Source of the DNA: Promethearchaeota archaeon
GTDB taxonomy: Archaea > Asgardarchaeota > Lokiarchaeia > Sigyniarchaeales > SOKP01
Reading direction: 5' to 3'
Assembly (NCBI GenBank): GCA_016926735.1
Contig: JAFGOA010000044.1
Location: 1 to 30,627, forward strand
DNA: 30,627 bases
Position 1 is the stretch's first letter; each line of letters opens with the position of its first letter. This document shows positions 27,491 through 30,627 of the stretch, piece by piece. The position numbers and the translations under genes were made by a program. Below the pieces are notes generated by a model. It saw only the letters and a program-made list of their open reading frames with translations. It made no database searches and had not been told where the DNA came from.

Positions 27491-27643
27491 TTATATATAA
27501 AAATTCTTTTTAAGTAAGTTATAATAAGTCTCAATTAAATAGTAAAAGAAAGAAATATGGATTAATTATTCTGAATATTACCACAAAAGTATTTATAATA
27601 TGTTAAAACATCTAGTTATATTAAAAAAGACAAAATTAATAAA

Positions 27644-28600
27644 ATGAATAGAAATTACTTTAAGGGAATAGTCTTTTATTTTATATTATTAATTTTTATA
27701 ATTATATTATTAGTTTTCTTGATATTATCATATATCACACCAGAATATTCAGATATGAAAGATGTATTTAAGATTACTTTTCCTATTTCTATTTCAACGA
27801 TAATAAGTATTATTTTTGGAACCTATCGATCCTTTTTTCAAACTCCTTTATTAGAATTTGAATTAAAAGAAAGTTATAATTATCTTATAGATATATTTGA
27901 TGTAGAGAATAATAATACAACTGCAATTCAAATGAATATAGGAGATAGAATTAACCCTTTTGCAAAATATATACGGATTAATCTAAAAAATATAGGTAAA
28001 ACAACTGCTAAAAATTGTAGATTAAAAATATATATTTATTTTAAAGATGGTGAATTAGTTCGAGAACCCTCAAACTTGTATCCCTCAGGATTTCATCAGT
28101 TTAAAAAAGAAAGAAAACCACCGCCTTTTGTTGATATTGCTGCTGGAGATTCTCAAATATTTGATATTTGTTCAACAAGTAACATTCATGATGAAAAAGA
28201 TATTATTCGATTCGAAGACTTTTTTAATTATTCTCGAGTTCAAGCAAAAAACAATCCTCTTATTATGAATCATAATAATCTATTATATATCACAATTTAT
28301 GCATATTCCGATAATAATAAATCTATCAAAGAGAATTATATGATATTTAAAGATTCTTTTTTAGAAGGTAATGAGTTATGGGAAATTTTAAATATTAAAA
28401 AAATAAATTGGCCTAAACATATATTGAGAAAAGACCAACAAAATCATGATTTATTAGCTACAAATCAACCAATTAAAAAAAAGATTAGCATATATACTCA
28501 AACATATACTGAAGCTAATCCTCAAGATTCTATTTCAGAAACAAATAGGAATCAAGATTCGTCAGATCATAATTATTCAACAGGATTAACTGATAAATAA
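27644..28600 (+). CDS. Hypothetical membrane protein (two N-terminal TM helices plus beta-rich soluble domain)
   Basis: Hydrophobic segments at ~aa 9-31 and 44-61; IRINLKNIGKTTAKNC strand pattern; low-complexity S/T/N/Q tail. Confidence 0.75.
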   Translation: MNRNYFKGIVFYFILLIFIIILLVFLILSYITPEYSDMKDVFKITFPISISTIISIIFGTYRSFFQTPLLEFELKESYNYLIDIFDVENNNTTAIQMNIGDRINPFAKYIRINLKNIGKTTAKNCRLKIYIYFKDGELVREPSNLYPSGFHQFKKERKPPPFVDIAAGDSQIFDICSTSNIHDEKDIIRFEDFFNYSRVQAKNNPLIMNHNNLLYITIYAYSDNNKSIKENYMIFKDSFLEGNELWEILNIKKINWPKHILRKDQQNHDLLATNQPIKKKISIYTQTYTEANPQDSISETNRNQDSSDHNYSTGLTDK

Positions 28601-28618
28601 TAATCTCGATAAATAAAA

Positions 28619-28646
28619 TTTTCTTATCTTTTTTTTTTATTTTTTC
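28619..28646 (+). terminator. Putative oligo-T terminator
   Basis: Long T tracts shortly after the stop at 28600. Confidence 0.4.
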
Positions 28647-28948
28647 ATTTAAAAAAATAATATGGTATAATATGATATTATTGAATAACAATCAAATAAA
28701 TTCAAATTTATTTTTTGTAGAAGGGAAATATATATCAAATTTTGATTAAGGACGACCTTGTGATTGCTGTAGACCTTTTAGATGGGCAAATCTTAGAAAA
28801 AGAGTGTAAAAACAACTAAAAAACTATTAAAATGTTATAATTCCTAATAATATTTATTTGATATTTAGTAAGAATGTGATCATATTAACTGTTATTTTTA
28901 AATGAACTAAAAATAATTATAACTAAAGACAAAAATAAATAAGAAATT

Positions 28949-29554
28949 ATGAGTATAATAAGTAGAGAGGAATTTTTAAAAGGAATTAAAGAATACGAAA
29001 TTCAAGAGCCAAGAGATACAGTATATAAAATAACTTTATTTTATATACAAAATAATTGGGATAATATTGAAGAAATGGTTGATGCTCTCAATGTTTTTCT
29101 GAGATCATGGAATAGAGCTTTTTATAGATATGGAAAAAGTGATTTTAAATGTCTTGAAAGCATTATCAGGAAGAATTACAATATATTAAAGAGTTATAGA
29201 GATAAATCTATACTTTCTTTTAATAGTAAAGATTATTCTATAATTAAAAAATTATTTAATGAACTTTTAGAAGTTTTAAAAATAGAGAATAAAAATGGAA
29301 TTAAAAAAAGTCCTGTTTCTGTCTCTAAAGCTCTACATCTTTTGGCACCTAATTATTTTCCATTATGGGATCAATCGATTGCTATAGAATATCATTGTTA
29401 TTACTCGAAAAATCCAGATGAAAAATATATTAATTTTTGTAAAAAAATTAAAGAGATTGCAGAAAATATTTCATATGAAATAGAAACTAAAAAATCATTA
29501 GTTAAATTAATTGATCAATATAATTATGCAAAATATACTAAAAAATGGATTTAA
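28949..29554 (+). CDS. Putative helix-hairpin-helix DNA glycosylase-like protein
   Basis: SPVSVSKALHLLAPNYFPLWDQSI resembles the HhH plus P-x-x-D segment of the HhH-GPD superfamily. Confidence 0.55.
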   Translation: MSIISREEFLKGIKEYEIQEPRDTVYKITLFYIQNNWDNIEEMVDALNVFLRSWNRAFYRYGKSDFKCLESIIRKNYNILKSYRDKSILSFNSKDYSIIKKLFNELLEVLKIENKNGIKKSPVSVSKALHLLAPNYFPLWDQSIAIEYHCYYSKNPDEKYINFCKKIKEIAENISYEIETKKSLVKLIDQYNYAKYTKKWI

Positions 29555-30486
29555 AAGGTGATTTTAATATGAAAAATATTGAAAATAATGAAAATTTTAA
29601 TAATTATTTAAAATCCATCAATAGAGGAAAGAATTTAATCAGCTCTATGGAGAAATTAAATGAAATTCAAAATGAAAAAAATTATAGTGAAATTAGAAAT
29701 ATTGGAGAAATGAAAGTATGTGAAGAATTACTAAGACAATATGGTGATAATAATATCCAAATAGATATAAGTCCCAGTAAAGGAGTTGATCTTATTGTAT
29801 ATTTTATAAAACTTAAGAAAATAATCAATATTGAAGTAAAATCCACTGCTTTTAAAAATGATTATTTGAAAGATATGTGGATTTATGGAATTCCCATTAA
29901 AACTAAAGATTTCGAAGAATTTGATTTGTTAGCAATGGTAAATTTTATTCCAAAAATTATAAAATCTAATGTTAATACAACACAAATCGAAAAATATAAT
30001 GATCAAAAAGAATGTGTAATATTCTATTTTAATCAGAGTGATTTTAACATATTGCTTCCCTCTCCTTTTATGATTTTACCAAGTACTAATTTAATGTATC
30101 TAAAAAAATCAAAAGATAATATTGGTAAAATAAAACGATTTTTTGATAATTTCTACAAAGGAATAGTAATTCCTCCTGAAAAAATATTTGATACTTGTTC
30201 TTTTAAGGAACATCTTAATTTTTTAAAATTTAAAAATTGTTTAAATTATCCAAATTGGTTTGGAAAGAATGAAGAGTGTAGGTATATCAGGGAATATCAT
30301 AAATCTATCCGTGATTTTTATGAAGAGATTATTATAAAAGATTGGGATAGGATTATAAATATTCAAAAGAATATAAATTTATTAGGAAATGAATCCTTAA
30401 GCAAATTTAAAGAATTTTATCCAATAAATGATAATTATTGCGATACATGTAAAATGGATTGTAGATTTAGAGTAATACAGAGATAA
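29545..30486 (+). CDS. PD-(D/E)xK (restriction-endonuclease-like) protein with Cys-rich C-terminus
   Basis: IGEMKV...KGVDLIV...NIEVKS; C-terminal CDTCKMDC; GGTGA SD favours a start at ATG 29569. Confidence 0.7.
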   Translation: MDLKGDFNMKNIENNENFNNYLKSINRGKNLISSMEKLNEIQNEKNYSEIRNIGEMKVCEELLRQYGDNNIQIDISPSKGVDLIVYFIKLKKIINIEVKSTAFKNDYLKDMWIYGIPIKTKDFEEFDLLAMVNFIPKIIKSNVNTTQIEKYNDQKECVIFYFNQSDFNILLPSPFMILPSTNLMYLKKSKDNIGKIKRFFDNFYKGIVIPPEKIFDTCSFKEHLNFLKFKNCLNYPNWFGKNEECRYIREYHKSIRDFYEEIIIKDWDRIINIQKNINLLGNESLSKFKEFYPINDNYCDTCKMDCRFRVIQR

Positions 30487-30627
30487 AAAAGTAATTAGTA
30501 GAATAATATTTAGTGAAAAGAACAAAAAATTATATATAATAATCAGTACTTGATTACGATATAAAACACCCCTTTGCTTTTAATTCTTTTTCCCGACAAA
30601 ACCTTTAGAGTGGCGGGTCAAGTCCAA

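Noticed and set aside
28715-28820. Short coding-like stretch (ILIKDDLVIAVDLLDGQILEKECKNN)
   Set aside because: Too short, with no clear start; cannot be supported as a gene.
30611-30627. Minus strand ...TTGACCCGCCA resembling a tRNA 3' end or att site
   Set aside because: Only 17 nt are visible and the T-stem positions do not fit the tRNA consensus; flanking sequence is needed.

Overview
AT-rich archaeal window, most likely from an Asgard (Lokiarchaeia-like) genome. That placement is an inference from archaeal TATA/GGTGA signals, Loki-style LRR and TIR proteins and a stand-alone viperin. Most of the window is an antiviral defence island: an LRR-TPR-LRR protein, a TPR-HEPN protein, viperin, a divergent wHTH-CARF regulator, a second HEPN protein, a Zn-ribbon PD-(D/E)xK nuclease, two surface proteins, a TIR protein, an OLD-family ATPase-TOPRIM nuclease, a complete type I R-M operon with its metalloprotease gene, and an HhH-glycosylase-like plus PD-(D/E)xK pair, with decayed ORFs in between. 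The best candidate for an undescribed system is the divergon at about 4.5-10.5 kb. Viperin and the wHTH-CARF gene share a 109-bp spacer containing an 8-4-8 inverted repeat (TCTTTAAT-ggca-ATTAAAGA) and a third half-site, positioned at both putative promoters, and each arm continues into a HEPN-motif RNase. This suggests nucleotide-signal-inducible viperin expression. All domain calls come from reading motifs by eye; no searches were run.
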